Origin: Thermoanaerobaculia bacterium
Lineage (GTDB): Bacteria > Acidobacteriota > Thermoanaerobaculia > Multivoradales > Multivoraceae
DNA: 64,000 bases
Reading direction: 5' to 3'
Assembly (NCBI GenBank): GCA_963664405.1
Contig: OY761158.1
Location: forward strand, 448,001-512,000
Under the pieces are notes generated by a model, which worked only from the letters and a program-made list of their open reading frames with translations, was not told where the DNA came from and made no database searches. This document shows positions 37,942 through 47,711 of this stretch, in pieces. Positions within the stretch are counted from its first letter, which is position 1. Every line of letters starts with the position of its first letter. The position numbers were made by a program, and so were the translations under genes.

Positions 37942-38018
37942 TGCCGAGCAAGGCGCCATGCGCCGCAGTGCCAGCATCGGTCTCGGTGAGGTCGAGCATC
38001 GCAATGTCCGCGTGCGAT

Positions 38019-40022
38019 CTACTCGGGCCTCGACATGATGTAGTCCCACTGGGCTCGAGCCCGCGAGAGCACCCCGCTCAGATCCTCATCCAGTAGATAG
38101 CCGCCATCGATCAGATCCATCGCCGCTTGAGCTACGAGGCCCAGATACTCCTCACGGCTCTTGTAGCGCTCCTCCGCCGAGAGACGCGGATCGCCGTTGG
38201 CTTCGCGCTCTGCACGAGTACGAGCGAAAGGGATGTAGAGGCCGGCGCCCGATAGGGGATTCGAGGGCACCCATCCGGTGTAGGTCGCCAGAGGCACCGA
38301 TATTTCGGGAGATCTCAGACCGCCCACTTCATTACCGTCCTCGTCCACCCTCGGAACCAGGAAGGGGTAGGCCCCGCCGACCTTGGGTGGCTCGAGGGTG
38401 ATGACTCCTTTGGATCTGAACTGCGGCCCGTGATCTAGAGCGTAAGCTCGGCCCAATTCAGCCGGCGCACGCACTCCGGGCAGCGGCGGGAACGAAAATT
38501 CCTCAGCCTCAACAAGCGTGCCCTCTTCGAGACTTGCTACACGGCTCGGCGGAGGCGGCGTATCGTCTCTGATCCAAGCGTCCATCGCGACCACCAGGGC
38601 TCTCAGGAACCAACCGTAGTCGTTCGGGTTGGCCAGCGCCGCCCCGCCCCGTGGCGGAAACGGTGCGGGTCCGTGTTGGGTTCCGGCGAAGTGGTATGTG
38701 CGCACGTCGCCCGGAAGCCTCAAGTCTGCGGTGCCGTCCACTGTCGTATGGGTGAGAGCACTCACTGATCTCCAGTACTCAGCGGAAGAGTTGGTATAGA
38801 ACACCTTCGGCATGAAGTAGCTGCCCAAGGACAACAAGAGCCCGTCCCGCGCTCCGGTGGCAGGGTCGACTTGCATCCCATCCGCGAAAGGAAAGATTCT
38901 GTTGGCATACTCGAAAGAGGCGCCCGGCGATCTCGAGGGTTGCGCGAAGCGGTGATTGAAGCTGCCACGTGCACCACCGGCGATGTGGGGAATCACTCCG
39001 TCCAGGACCTTGTTGCCGCGCTCGTCTTCGTTGAAACCGTCGTAGAGAAAGGTGCGGAGCAGACGGCCGCTCTGCGAGGATCCAAAGGCAATGGCTCGAT
39101 CGATAGCGCCCGAGGGAATACCCAGCGCATCCATGGCTCCGTCTTTCAGTCCTGAGACCGAGTCACGGATCGCTGCCAGCCCAAGTCCCGCGACCGGTGG
39201 GGCCTGCGCTACGTAGACCACCTCATAGATGCGACCGGGCTCGAAGCCGGTCTCCAGATAGACCATCGTCGGGTCCGGCACGGCGTGCCCGTCTTCGTAG
39301 CGGGCGAATTGCCACTTCTCGCGGGGAATGATCTGCCGCTCCCCCATCGGCCCACGGCGAACGGTCAGGACGCTTCGTGGATCCCGCGGGGCCACCACCG
39401 GATATGCGACATGCCCCCGATCCCCCAGCGAATTGGAGAGAACCTTCTCGCTGACGAAAAAGTCGCTCCGAACCAAGCCCTCGATGGGCCTGCCGCTATC
39501 GGTCGCAATTGGCGGTCTGAATCGGAGGAGGTCCCCCTTCGGCGCCACATCGAGCTGCCAGCCGACCCACAAGACAGAAAAGCCTCTCCTTAGCAGAAAC
39601 GCATCACCGATCTCCGGCTCGGAGTCCTTCTCGCTCGATCCGGCCGCTCGATGGAGCCTTCTCAGAGCTACCCTGTGACCTCGGTTGGGTACGTCGAAAA
39701 GGACCGCCCCATTGCCCGCCTCGATCTGCTTCGGCTTGAGCAGATGAAAGTCGGCTGAGAATTCCACCAGCCCGGCCTCGTTGGTCGGCGCATAGCCGAT
39801 ATCCCGAACCATCCGATTGACACGACTCTCGGGATCCACCGCGAAGTGGATCCGCCCTGAGATCCTCTCGTAGGCACCGGCAAGTCCGTAGGACCTTCCT
39901 TCAGCAACCTCGCTCCTCTCCCGTACGTCGATTCGCACCGCCTCCGCACTCACAACGGAGGTGGACAGCAGGAAGGTCAGAACTATCAAATGTCTATTGT
40001 TCAAGCGACCTCCGATCGGCAT
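38019..40022 (-). CDS. Exported alpha/beta-hydrolase-domain protein (Abhydrolase_10-like)
   Basis: DVPNRG, GWQ, GSSQSGR, FN.RFAQP, EYW, AGTQH, VDEDGNE. Confidence 0.82.
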   Translation of the reverse strand: MPIGGRLNNRHLIVLTFLLSTSVVSAEAVRIDVRERSEVAEGRSYGLAGAYERISGRIHFAVDPESRVNRMVRDIGYAPTNEAGLVEFSADFHLLKPKQIEAGNGAVLFDVPNRGHRVALRRLHRAAGSSEKDSEPEIGDAFLLRRGFSVLWVGWQLDVAPKGDLLRFRPPIATDSGRPIEGLVRSDFFVSEKVLSNSLGDRGHVAYPVVAPRDPRSVLTVRRGPMGERQIIPREKWQFARYEDGHAVPDPTMVYLETGFEPGRIYEVVYVAQAPPVAGLGLAAIRDSVSGLKDGAMDALGIPSGAIDRAIAFGSSQSGRLLRTFLYDGFNEDERGNKVLDGVIPHIAGGARGSFNHRFAQPSRSPGASFEYANRIFPFADGMQVDPATGARDGLLLSLGSYFMPKVFYTNSSAEYWRSVSALTHTTVDGTADLRLPGDVRTYHFAGTQHGPAPFPPRGGAALANPNDYGWFLRALVVAMDAWIRDDTPPPPSRVASLEEGTLVEAEEFSFPPLPGVRAPAELGRAYALDHGPQFRSKGVITLEPPKVGGAYPFLVPRVDEDGNEVGGLRSPEISVPLATYTGWVPSNPLSGAGLYIPFARTRAEREANGDPRLSAEERYKSREEYLGLVAQAAMDLIDGGYLLDEDLSGVLSRARAQWDYIMSRPE

Positions 40023-40271
40023 CTGCTCTCCTAACAGGATTCTCTTAGCTTAGATCTCGCCGCGCATCTCGTCCAGTAAATCGATTCGCTACCTCGTTTC
40101 TTGGCGGCGGCCGCATGATCGCTGAACGCACTCGCAGGAGCGGCCGCCGTTCCCGCCGAGCCGCACCGCGCCCGCCCCCGGCGCCTTCGCTGCCACCGTC
40201 TCTTCGCGACGCCGAAGAGTCGAGGCCTTATACTCGGCGCTCGGCTTTCGACAGTAGCGAAGGAGAGAAGA

Positions 40272-40847
40272 ATGCGCCTAAGCGAGCCCCGCATCCGACC
40301 GCTCGAAGACTCTGAATGGACCGGCAAGGCGGCCGAAATGCTCCCTCGCTTTCGGCGTGGAGAGACGAGCGACGGCCCCGTGCACAACATCTTCAGGACC
40401 CTCGCTCGCCATCCGGACCTGCTCAGGCGGTGGACGGTTTTCGGCAACCACGTGCTCTCGAAATCGACTCTACCTTCGAGAGACCGAGAGATCCTGATCC
40501 TTCGCATCGGCTGGCTCTGCCAGTCCGAATACGAGTTCGGGCAGCACACTCGCATCGGGCGCGAGGTCGGCATCACCGACGAAGAGATCCTCCGCATCAC
40601 GGTCGGCCCCGACGCGAGCGAGTGGGACCCCTTCGAGGCAAGCTTGCTCAGGGCAGCAGACGAGCTGCACGACGACGCGATGGTCTCCAACGAGACTTGG
40701 CAGCGACTCTCCGAGCGCTATGACAACCAACAGATGCTCGACGTGCTGTTTACCGTTGGGCAATACAACATGGTTTCCATGGTGCTCAACAGCGCCGGTG
40801 TCCAGCTCGATGAGGGTGTTCCCCACTTTCCGACGCGTAACCCTTGA
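40272..40847 (+). CDS. Carboxymuconolactone decarboxylase/AhpD-family protein
   Basis: NIFRTLARHP, REILILR..W...EYEFGQH, RAADELH. Confidence 0.85.
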   Translation: MRLSEPRIRPLEDSEWTGKAAEMLPRFRRGETSDGPVHNIFRTLARHPDLLRRWTVFGNHVLSKSTLPSRDREILILRIGWLCQSEYEFGQHTRIGREVGITDEEILRITVGPDASEWDPFEASLLRAADELHDDAMVSNETWQRLSERYDNQQMLDVLFTVGQYNMVSMVLNSAGVQLDEGVPHFPTRNP

Positions 40848-40857
40848 TGGAGAGGAG

Positions 40858-41158
40858 ATGAGACTATGCGCTCACCCACTCGATAGCGACCGGCAACGCG
40901 CGCTACGGCATCCGTGCCAACGCCATAATGCCGGGCCTCATGAACACACCGATGGCCATCGAGGGTATCTCGCAAGCAAGAGGCCTCGACAAGCTCGAGC
41001 TGATTCAAGAGCGTAACGCCCGTGTCCCTCTCCGCGGCAAGATGGGCACCGCCTGGGACGTCGCCAACGCCGCCCTCTTCCTCGCCTCCGACGAGTCGCG
41101 CTTCATCACCGGCATCAACCTCCCTGTAGATGGCGGCCAGAGCGCTCGCATCGGCTAG
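40858..41158 (+). pseudogene. SDR remnant with large internal deletion
   Basis: GAGGAG RBS and ATG AGA CTA, joined out of frame to the SDR C-terminus ALTHSIATGNARYGIRANAIMPG...LFLASDESRFITG.NLPVDGG. Rossmann and YxxxK regions are absent. Confidence 0.85.
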
Positions 41159-41247
41159 CGCCGACCCCACGCGCCGACTTCGTCGGGCCTACACCTCCGC
41201 CCCGTCACAGAGTAAGCTCGCCGCTCAAATCAAAAAGGAGATACCGA

Positions 41248-42519
41248 TTGAACTTCGATATTGATGCCGACCTTGCTGCATACATTGAGGAGATTGACGA
41301 GTTCATCGAGAAGGTGATCAAGCCGCTCGAAGAGACCGACGACAACATCCGCTTCTTCGATCACCGCCGGGAAGACGCTCGCACCGACTGGGACCGTGGT
41401 GGCCTACCCAACGAAGAGTGGGAGGCCCTCCTTGGAAAAGCCCGCGCTCTGGCTGACGAGGCAGGGCACTATCGCTACCAGCTCCCCAAGGAGGTCGGCG
41501 GCAAGGACGGCACGAATCTCGGCATGGCGATCATCCGCGAGCACCTCGCCGCCAAGGGACTGGGCCTGCACAACGACCTCCAAACCGAACACTCGATCGT
41601 CGGCAACGCGGTTGGCGTTCTGCTCATGCTCGCCCACGGCACCGAGGGGCAGAAAGAGAAGTTCCTCGAACCGCTACTCACTGGCACCACTGGATTCGCC
41701 ATGGGCATTACCGAGCCTCAGCACGGTTCGGACGCCACCCATATGGAGACCACGGCCGTCCGAGATGGCGACGATTGGTGCATCAATGGCGAGAAGACCT
41801 GGAATACCGGCATCCACAAAGCACCCTACGACCTGATCTTCGCGCGCACCGACGGCAATGCCGGCGACGGCGAGGGCATCACCTGTTTCCTGGTCCCCAC
41901 CGATAGCGCGGGATTCAAGGTGGAGGAGATGCTATGGACTTTCAACATGCCGACCGACCACGGCCGCATCTCACTCAAAGATGTGGTCGTGCCCAACGAC
42001 ACAATCTTCGGCGGCGAAGGTCGGGGTCTGCATGTGGTGCAGCACTTCTTCAATGAAAACCGCATCCGCCAGGCCGCAGGCAGTCTCGGCGCAGCACAGT
42101 TCTGCATCGATGAATCGGTCAGCTACGCCCAGGAGAGGAAACCCTTCGGCAAGCCCCTGTCCGTCAATCAGGGGATCCAATTTCCACTCGTCGAGCTGCA
42201 GACGCAATGCGAGATGTTACGCGCGTTCATCCACAAGACTGCCTGGATGATGGATACCTACGGCGCTTTCACGGTCTCCGACAAGGTCTCGATGTGTAAC
42301 TACTGGTCGAATCGCCTCTGCTGCGAAGCGGCCGACCGCGCGATGCAAGTGCACGGGGGCCTCGGCTACTCCAGACACAAGCCCTTTGAGCACATTTACC
42401 GTCACCACCGCCGCTACCGCATCACCGAGGGCTCGGAGGAGATCCAGATGCGTCGCGTCGCCGGCTACATGTTCGGATTCATGAAGCAACAAGCGCCTAA
42501 AGGCGTTCGAGAGGACTGA
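41248..42519 (+). CDS. Acyl-CoA dehydrogenase
   Basis: ITEPQHGSDA, INGEKTW, RKPFGKPL..NQGIQF, QVHGGLG, RITEGSEEIQ. Confidence 0.95.
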   Translation: MNFDIDADLAAYIEEIDEFIEKVIKPLEETDDNIRFFDHRREDARTDWDRGGLPNEEWEALLGKARALADEAGHYRYQLPKEVGGKDGTNLGMAIIREHLAAKGLGLHNDLQTEHSIVGNAVGVLLMLAHGTEGQKEKFLEPLLTGTTGFAMGITEPQHGSDATHMETTAVRDGDDWCINGEKTWNTGIHKAPYDLIFARTDGNAGDGEGITCFLVPTDSAGFKVEEMLWTFNMPTDHGRISLKDVVVPNDTIFGGEGRGLHVVQHFFNENRIRQAAGSLGAAQFCIDESVSYAQERKPFGKPLSVNQGIQFPLVELQTQCEMLRAFIHKTAWMMDTYGAFTVSDKVSMCNYWSNRLCCEAADRAMQVHGGLGYSRHKPFEHIYRHHRRYRITEGSEEIQMRRVAGYMFGFMKQQAPKGVRED

Positions 42520-42559
42520 GAGGAGAAGCGACCCGCAAGGAGAGCAGCGGCGGCGGGCT

Positions 42560-43246
42560 CTACACCGAGCGCAGCGATTCGACTCCTCCAGCTTTGAGGT
42601 AGAGGGTGCAGCCTGGTTCTGTCGAAGGCTGAAACACCGCACCAGGGGGAAGCCGAAGCCACCAACCGCTCCCATAGCGGCCCTCATCATCGGTCAGCTC
42701 ACCTTCGAGGATGAAGATCTCCGCCCCGCCGGGAAAGCGACGGAGGGCAGAAGCGACCCCTGCCGCCCACCGCTCTAGACAAGAGGAATCCGCGAATCGC
42801 GAATCCTGATAAAGCACTTTCTTTTCGATTCCAACCTCGGCAGTGGCAATCCAGTCCAAGTCTTCAGTGTTGATCTGCAGTCGCTCCCGTGCCTCACCGA
42901 CGTACTGCCGTAGCTTCACCCACAAGAGGCAGCCCTCGTGAGAGAAGGGTTGGTGGGAACTACCGTGGGGATTCAGTAGGTACGATCCCGGGCCCCAGTC
43001 CCCTGCTTGATCCGAAAAGGTGCCCTCTAGAACAAGGATCTCCTCACCCTCAGGATGCTCGTGCTCCGAGAAGGTCGCATCCGGCGCAAAGCGCACGAGA
43101 GACGTCACTTCTCCCGCTTCCACCGGTCCCACTCGGTGAAGTCGCTTACGAAACACAGAGCCGCTGGGACTTCCCTCCCACGGCATCGACCCGGTATCGA
43201 CCGCGACTCGCCTCGACATATCGCCGTTTACCGGGGCAGCAGTCAA
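42560..43246 (-). CDS. ChrR-like double cupin protein
   Basis: HEHPEGEEILVLEG.FSD, G.Y..NP.GS.H.P, second cupin GGAEIFILEG. Confidence 0.85.
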   Translation of the reverse strand: MTAAPVNGDMSRRVAVDTGSMPWEGSPSGSVFRKRLHRVGPVEAGEVTSLVRFAPDATFSEHEHPEGEEILVLEGTFSDQAGDWGPGSYLLNPHGSSHQPFSHEGCLLWVKLRQYVGEARERLQINTEDLDWIATAEVGIEKKVLYQDSRFADSSCLERWAAGVASALRRFPGGAEIFILEGELTDDEGRYGSGWWLRLPPGAVFQPSTEPGCTLYLKAGGVESLRSV

Positions 43247-43269
43247 ATGACCCTCTCCTCCAGAAAGGC

Positions 43270-43608
43270 CTAGGTGAACGATGCGAGAGCTTCGGCCTCG
43301 GCCTCGAAGATCTCGAAGACGCCGATCAGCCGGGTGCTCTTGAGCACATCTCCGACTCGCAGCTGAAGGTTGAGCAACTTGATCACCGAGCCACGGTTGA
43401 TGGCCGAGGTGTAGGCCGCGACCAACTCACCTACGCCCGAAGAGTCGACTACCGGTACACCCTTCATGTCGAGGAGAATCTTTTTTTCGCCAGCGGACAC
43501 CGCGGCACGAATCGCGTCCCCGACGTCTGAGTCTCCCTGACCTATCGTCAATCGTCCGGAGAGCTCCACCACCAAGACATCTCCCTCTTTTCGCTGTTTG
43601 ATCTCCAT
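43270..43608 (-). CDS. STAS-domain anti-sigma factor antagonist
   Basis: LSGRL, LLDM.GV..VDSSGVG.L; 112 aa. Confidence 0.9.
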   Translation of the reverse strand: MEIKQRKEGDVLVVELSGRLTIGQGDSDVGDAIRAAVSAGEKKILLDMKGVPVVDSSGVGELVAAYTSAINRGSVIKLLNLQLRVGDVLKSTRLIGVFEIFEAEAEALASFT

Positions 43609-43708
43609 CGCTTCCAGCTCCTTTTCCGACTGCCAAAGCACTGCTTGGCATGCCTGTCTTCAATATCGGGAGGCGTGATCGTATCAGTGAGTCGACAGCC
43701 GAGCTCCC

Positions 43709-45145
43709 CTAGGCGGTCGCTGCAGCCGCTTGGATGCGACTCCATGCAGAGACGACGTGGCGACGCTCGGTATGAGTCTGTCCTACGCAAAGGCGGAGGC
43801 TGAGGCGGTCGTGAATGCGGGTCGTGCTCAGATACAGGGCACCGCTGCGATTGAGCTCATCAACTAGACGTTGATTGATCTCGTCAGCGCCGCACAGCCG
43901 AAAGCAAACCAGGTTGAGAGGTGTCGGAGCTGTGAGCTCGAAGCGCTCGTCCTCTTCGATCCAAGCTCGTAGCTCCTGGGCCCAGGTAATGTGCTGACGA
44001 AGGTGATGACGCAGCCCTTCGATCCCGTAGTGACGTATAACGAGCCACAACTTCAGGGCCCGAAAACGACGGCCGAGAGGAACCTGCCAATCACGGTAGT
44101 CCAAAACACCCCCAGCTTCGCTCGCCTGATTGCGAAGAAACTCCGGCATGATGCTCAGGGCGCCTATCAGCGCCGCGCGATCAGCCACCCAGAAACAGCT
44201 ACAGTCGAAGTTGGTGAACAGCCACTTATGCGGATTGAAGCAATAGCTGTCCGCCAACTCGAGCCCCTCGAAGAGGAGTCGATGCTCGGGGCACACCGCT
44301 GCCGACCCCGCCATTGCAGCGTCAACGTGCAGCCAAACCTCTTGACGCTTACAGACTTCGCCGATCTCCAGCAGGGGATCCATGGCGTGGGACGAGGTTG
44401 TACCCACGGTCGCGCAAACAAAGAAGGGCGTGTATCCAGCGGCACGATCGGCCTCGATCTGGTCCTCGAGCAAGTCTGGACGCATCGCCATGGTGTCGTC
44501 GACCGCGACCGTGCGTAACTGCTGCGAACCGATACCAGCGATGCGGATGCCCTTCTCCACCGATGAGTGCGACTCGCTCGAAACGTAGGCGGTGAGCCGC
44601 CCGTCGCAGCCCTTCGCGTTGCTCGCCCCCGCCGTCGCTCTCTCTCGAGCAGCAAGGATGGCGCACAGGATCGCACTCGAAGCCGTATCTTGAATCACCC
44701 CACCTCCGGACGACCCGGACAAGAACGCATCCGGCAACCCCATCATTTCGACCAGCCAGTCCAACACATGGGTCTCCAGCTCCGTACAGGCCGGGCTGGT
44801 TACCCACAGCATCCCCTGGACCCCTAACCCCGCAGAGAGCAGCTCGCCGAGGACCGAAGGGCCCGAGGTGTTGGCGGGAAAGTAGGCGAAGAAGTTCGGC
44901 GATTGCCAATGAGTGATCCCAGGGAGCACGACTCGCTCGAGCTCCTCGATCAATTGGCCCAGGGACTCTCCCTGCTGCGGAGGCGATGGGGAGAGAAGGC
45001 GACGAATATCTCCAGGCGCGACGCCGGAGAGAACCGGAAGGTCCTCCACCCGCCCCTGGTAGTCCGCGATCCAGTCGACAACCTTGTGCCCGAGCTCCCG
45101 AAACTCGTCGCGGCTCATATGAAAGGCCTTCTCCTCAGACATCAC
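43709..45145 (-). CDS. Aromatic-L-amino-acid (DOPA/tyrosine-type) decarboxylase, PLP group II
   Basis: PGITHWQSPNFFAYFP, SPACTELE, HSSVEKG, HVDAA, FNPHKW, PLGRRFRALK. Confidence 0.93.
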   Translation of the reverse strand: MMSEEKAFHMSRDEFRELGHKVVDWIADYQGRVEDLPVLSGVAPGDIRRLLSPSPPQQGESLGQLIEELERVVLPGITHWQSPNFFAYFPANTSGPSVLGELLSAGLGVQGMLWVTSPACTELETHVLDWLVEMMGLPDAFLSGSSGGGVIQDTASSAILCAILAARERATAGASNAKGCDGRLTAYVSSESHSSVEKGIRIAGIGSQQLRTVAVDDTMAMRPDLLEDQIEADRAAGYTPFFVCATVGTTSSHAMDPLLEIGEVCKRQEVWLHVDAAMAGSAAVCPEHRLLFEGLELADSYCFNPHKWLFTNFDCSCFWVADRAALIGALSIMPEFLRNQASEAGGVLDYRDWQVPLGRRFRALKLWLVIRHYGIEGLRHHLRQHITWAQELRAWIEEDERFELTAPTPLNLVCFRLCGADEINQRLVDELNRSGALYLSTTRIHDRLSLRLCVGQTHTERRHVVSAWSRIQAAAATA

Positions 45146-45173
45146 GCTCCTCCGGCCAGGGGCTACAGCCTAC

Positions 45174-45339
45174 CTAGTGCCGTGTCTCCGACATGGCTTA
45201 CCAATATCTCGGCCCCTTTTGCCCGCTGCCGTCGTCGCGACTCGTCGACATATTCCCAATATGCCTGCCTCGTCGCTCCTTGACAGCAAATAAAATGACC
45301 TCGAGCTCTTGGCAAGCCATGTCGGAGACACAACACTAG
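45174..45339. repeat. CTAG-bounded 166-bp palindromic element, family A copy 4 (reverse orientation)
   Basis: Arms CTAGTGCCGTGTCTCCGACATGGCTT / AAGCCATGTCGGAGACACAACACTAG; reverse-complement core CAAGG..GCAGGCATATTGGGAATATGTCGA. Confidence 0.9.
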
Positions 45340-45386
45340 CGGCAACTGCAAAGTAGATAGGGGGACGGCACTCACCATCCCCGAAT

Positions 45387-46055
45387 CTACCCTAGCTGGA
45401 AGCGGAGCGTCACCGGTCTGCCGTCCTCGGGAAGGACGCCAGGACGGACCCTAAAACGAGTCGTACCCCTGACGAAGTCGCGGACCGTATAGCGTGCGTT
45501 TCCAGTCTTCCCGCCGGGACAGGAGTAGAGACAGGTAACGCAGCCCGATCGCCACTTGGGAATGTTGGCCCGATGTCCGCCGAAACGCATTTCGAATCCA
45601 GCTCCTCCCTCATCTTCGAGAATCTCCGAGAGCGACAGCAGCTCGCCGGCGGCGGAGGGACGCACAAAGATCTCTAGCGGCGGGCCCTCAACCACCCGGT
45701 CCGGCTCTCTCGAAGAATCGTCATTGCGTTGCTCCCAGGTATCGATATCGAGGGCGTCCCCCGCCACAGCTCCCAATGCCTCGAGGGCGTCCAGAATATC
45801 GCTGTCCGAAGCGGCTACCTGGAACAGCGCGGCCTCAGCCGCCGCTCCGCCTTTCCACACGATGAGGTGATAGCCCGCCATCTCTCCCCGCGAAAAGCCG
45901 GCCGCATTGACCACCGCCGACACCTCCAACGCCCGGTCGGCATCGAGGACGATGACCTCCGCGGAGAGACGTGGACGGCAACCGGCGCTAGAAACAAGCG
46001 CCACCAGGAGGAGCCTCCCGCCTACCCTCTTCGCAGCGGTCGAGCGCAGCATCAA
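45387..46055 (-). CDS. Putative lipoprotein, YdjY-like domain with CxxCxxxC motif
   Basis: Lipobox SAGC; RFGG...SGCVTCLYSCPGG. Confidence 0.65.
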   Translation of the reverse strand: MMLRSTAAKRVGGRLLLVALVSSAGCRPRLSAEVIVLDADRALEVSAVVNAAGFSRGEMAGYHLIVWKGGAAAEAALFQVAASDSDILDALEALGAVAGDALDIDTWEQRNDDSSREPDRVVEGPPLEIFVRPSAAGELLSLSEILEDEGGAGFEMRFGGHRANIPKWRSGCVTCLYSCPGGKTGNARYTVRDFVRGTTRFRVRPGVLPEDGRPVTLRFQLG

Positions 46056-46975
46056 TCTGCTCTCCCCGCCTCCAAGAACGAGTGTAGGTCGGCCTCGCCG
46101 ACAACGGGCTCACCCACGGCGACGTTGCCGAGCCGACCCTCGAGCATCCACTCCTCCAGGCGATCCACCTCGAAGTAGAGATGCTCGAAAGACTCGACGA
46201 CGAAGAGAAGGGGTTGCACGCGGTCAATAGCAAAGCCCTGATTGATCACCCACTCCAGGCGGAAAGGGTGACGTTGCACTGCCGGCGACTCGATACTCGT
46301 CGCGATCTCTTCGTAGGAGCTCAGTAGCCCGCTGCCGTAAGCCTCGAAGCGCCCTTCGTCGCCTCGCATCAGACCAAATTCGACGGTGAACCAGAAGAAG
46401 CGGGCCAAGGCTCGAATGATGCCCTCGAGCTCCCGCAGGCTACCGGAATCTTGCCCCCGACCGGAACTGAGGCGAGCCGCGGTATGGGCCACCTCCCCGA
46501 AGCGCACCAAGACATCAGAGAAGAGACGGTCCGTGTGCATCGGAACATGACCGGCAAGATCATGAAAGATATCGGGCTCGGGAAGATAGTCGAGGCACGA
46601 GAAGTCGCGAATCGTTATCGTGGTCGGAAACTCCCGGCGCCGGAGACAATCGAAGAACAGGTAAGCCGGCACGTAGCCGCTCACGGGCTTCGCCACGAAG
46701 CCGCTCAGCGGCGAAAGAAAGCGGTTTACGTCCTCGAATCTGGGGACGTGATCCGGATCGAGCGCGAGCCGATCCACGCCCTCCAGAAACTTCTTGTTGG
46801 CGTAGCGCTTCCATCGCGGCAAAAGGCGGCGATGCAGCTCCGCCCAGGTCCGATGGTTTGTCGAGCTGTAGAGCTCGTAAGGCTGGTGCACGAAGAGCTC
46901 CCCACTAGCTCTCGCCTCGTCGATGAAGGGCGCTCTTGCGGTCGTCAGGCCGGGGGCATTAATGGCAGTTTGCAA
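46052..46975 (-). CDS. phhA: Phenylalanine 4-monooxygenase (pterin-dependent aromatic amino-acid hydroxylase)
   Basis: DYLPEPDIFHDLAGHVP (two Fe His ligands), WFTVEFGL (Fe Glu), YGSGLLSS; probable TTG start 46975. Confidence 0.9.
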   Translation of the reverse strand: MQTAINAPGLTTARAPFIDEARASGELFVHQPYELYSSTNHRTWAELHRRLLPRWKRYANKKFLEGVDRLALDPDHVPRFEDVNRFLSPLSGFVAKPVSGYVPAYLFFDCLRRREFPTTITIRDFSCLDYLPEPDIFHDLAGHVPMHTDRLFSDVLVRFGEVAHTAARLSSGRGQDSGSLRELEGIIRALARFFWFTVEFGLMRGDEGRFEAYGSGLLSSYEEIATSIESPAVQRHPFRLEWVINQGFAIDRVQPLLFVVESFEHLYFEVDRLEEWMLEGRLGNVAVGEPVVGEADLHSFLEAGRAD

Positions 46976-47013
46976 AGCGTTCGGGCTCCAGAGTTGCTCA
47001 CTTCGAAGGTGGC

Positions 47014-47532
47014 TTAGGGGGCCACTCGCTCCAGCGGCAGCGACGTCGAGTGCTTGATCTCTCGCAGCACGATGCTGGTCCGAATACGGTCGACTCCAGG
47101 GGCTGGAGTGAGGTCTTCGAAGAGAAATCTCTCGAGATGTTTGTGGTTGCGCGCCGCCACCTTCAAAAGGTAGTCGTACTCGCCGGTTAGGTGATGGCAC
47201 TCGAGCACCTCCGGAAGATTACGGATTTCCGCGCGAAAGAGCGCGCGGATCCCGGGCTGGTGCCGAGCAAGGGTCACTTGGACAAAGCAGAGGATGTCCA
47301 GGCCCACAGCCTCTCGATCGAGAAGCGCGACATAGCGCTGAATAACCCCCTTCTCTTCCAAGCGTCGGAGCCTCTTCTGCAGCCCTGGCGGAGAAAGCTC
47401 CACGGCTTCGGCAAGCGACCGATTCGTGGCGCGACCGTTCTCCTGAAGCGCACGGAGGATCTGCCAGTCAGTGTGGTCGAGGCTGACGCCTTCAGAGGTC
47501 TCGGATTGGGGTTGGACTGAAGTCTTTGCCAT
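47014..47532 (-). CDS. Lrp/AsnC-family transcriptional regulator
   Basis: LD..D..IL..LQ.NGR..N..LA..V.LS, LECHHLTGEYDYLLKV. Confidence 0.95.
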   Translation of the reverse strand: MAKTSVQPQSETSEGVSLDHTDWQILRALQENGRATNRSLAEAVELSPPGLQKRLRRLEEKGVIQRYVALLDREAVGLDILCFVQVTLARHQPGIRALFRAEIRNLPEVLECHHLTGEYDYLLKVAARNHKHLERFLFEDLTPAPGVDRIRTSIVLREIKHSTSLPLERVAP

Positions 47533-47620
47533 CGCTTCTTCCCTCGAGAACCGGAAACCCTCTTAGTTTCGCGCCAACCCTACCATGAAATTCATTTAGT
47601 TATCCTAAGCTGTCGTATTT

Positions 47621-47665
47621 GTTAATATACATTAACTTGAAAGAGAATACTGGAAACTATATAAT
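47621..47665 (+). promoter_or_regulatory. Sigma70 promoter for aminotransferase-hppD-hmgA with adjacent palindrome
   Basis: TTGAAA (47637-47642), 17-bp spacer, TATAAT (47660-47665); GTTAAT-N4-ATTAAC at 47621-47636 in an AT-rich divergent intergenic region next to the Lrp gene. Confidence 0.7.
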
Positions 47666-47711
47666 ACTCATTCAACGGAATTGAGACACTAAGAACACAA
47701 GAAAAGGCATC

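Noticed and set aside
4851-45339. Family A/B repeats as CRISPR array, tRNA or integron attC sites
   Set aside because: They are dispersed with no repeat-spacer periodicity, no cloverleaf, no RYYYAAC/GTTRRRY ends, and there are no cas or intI genes in the window.
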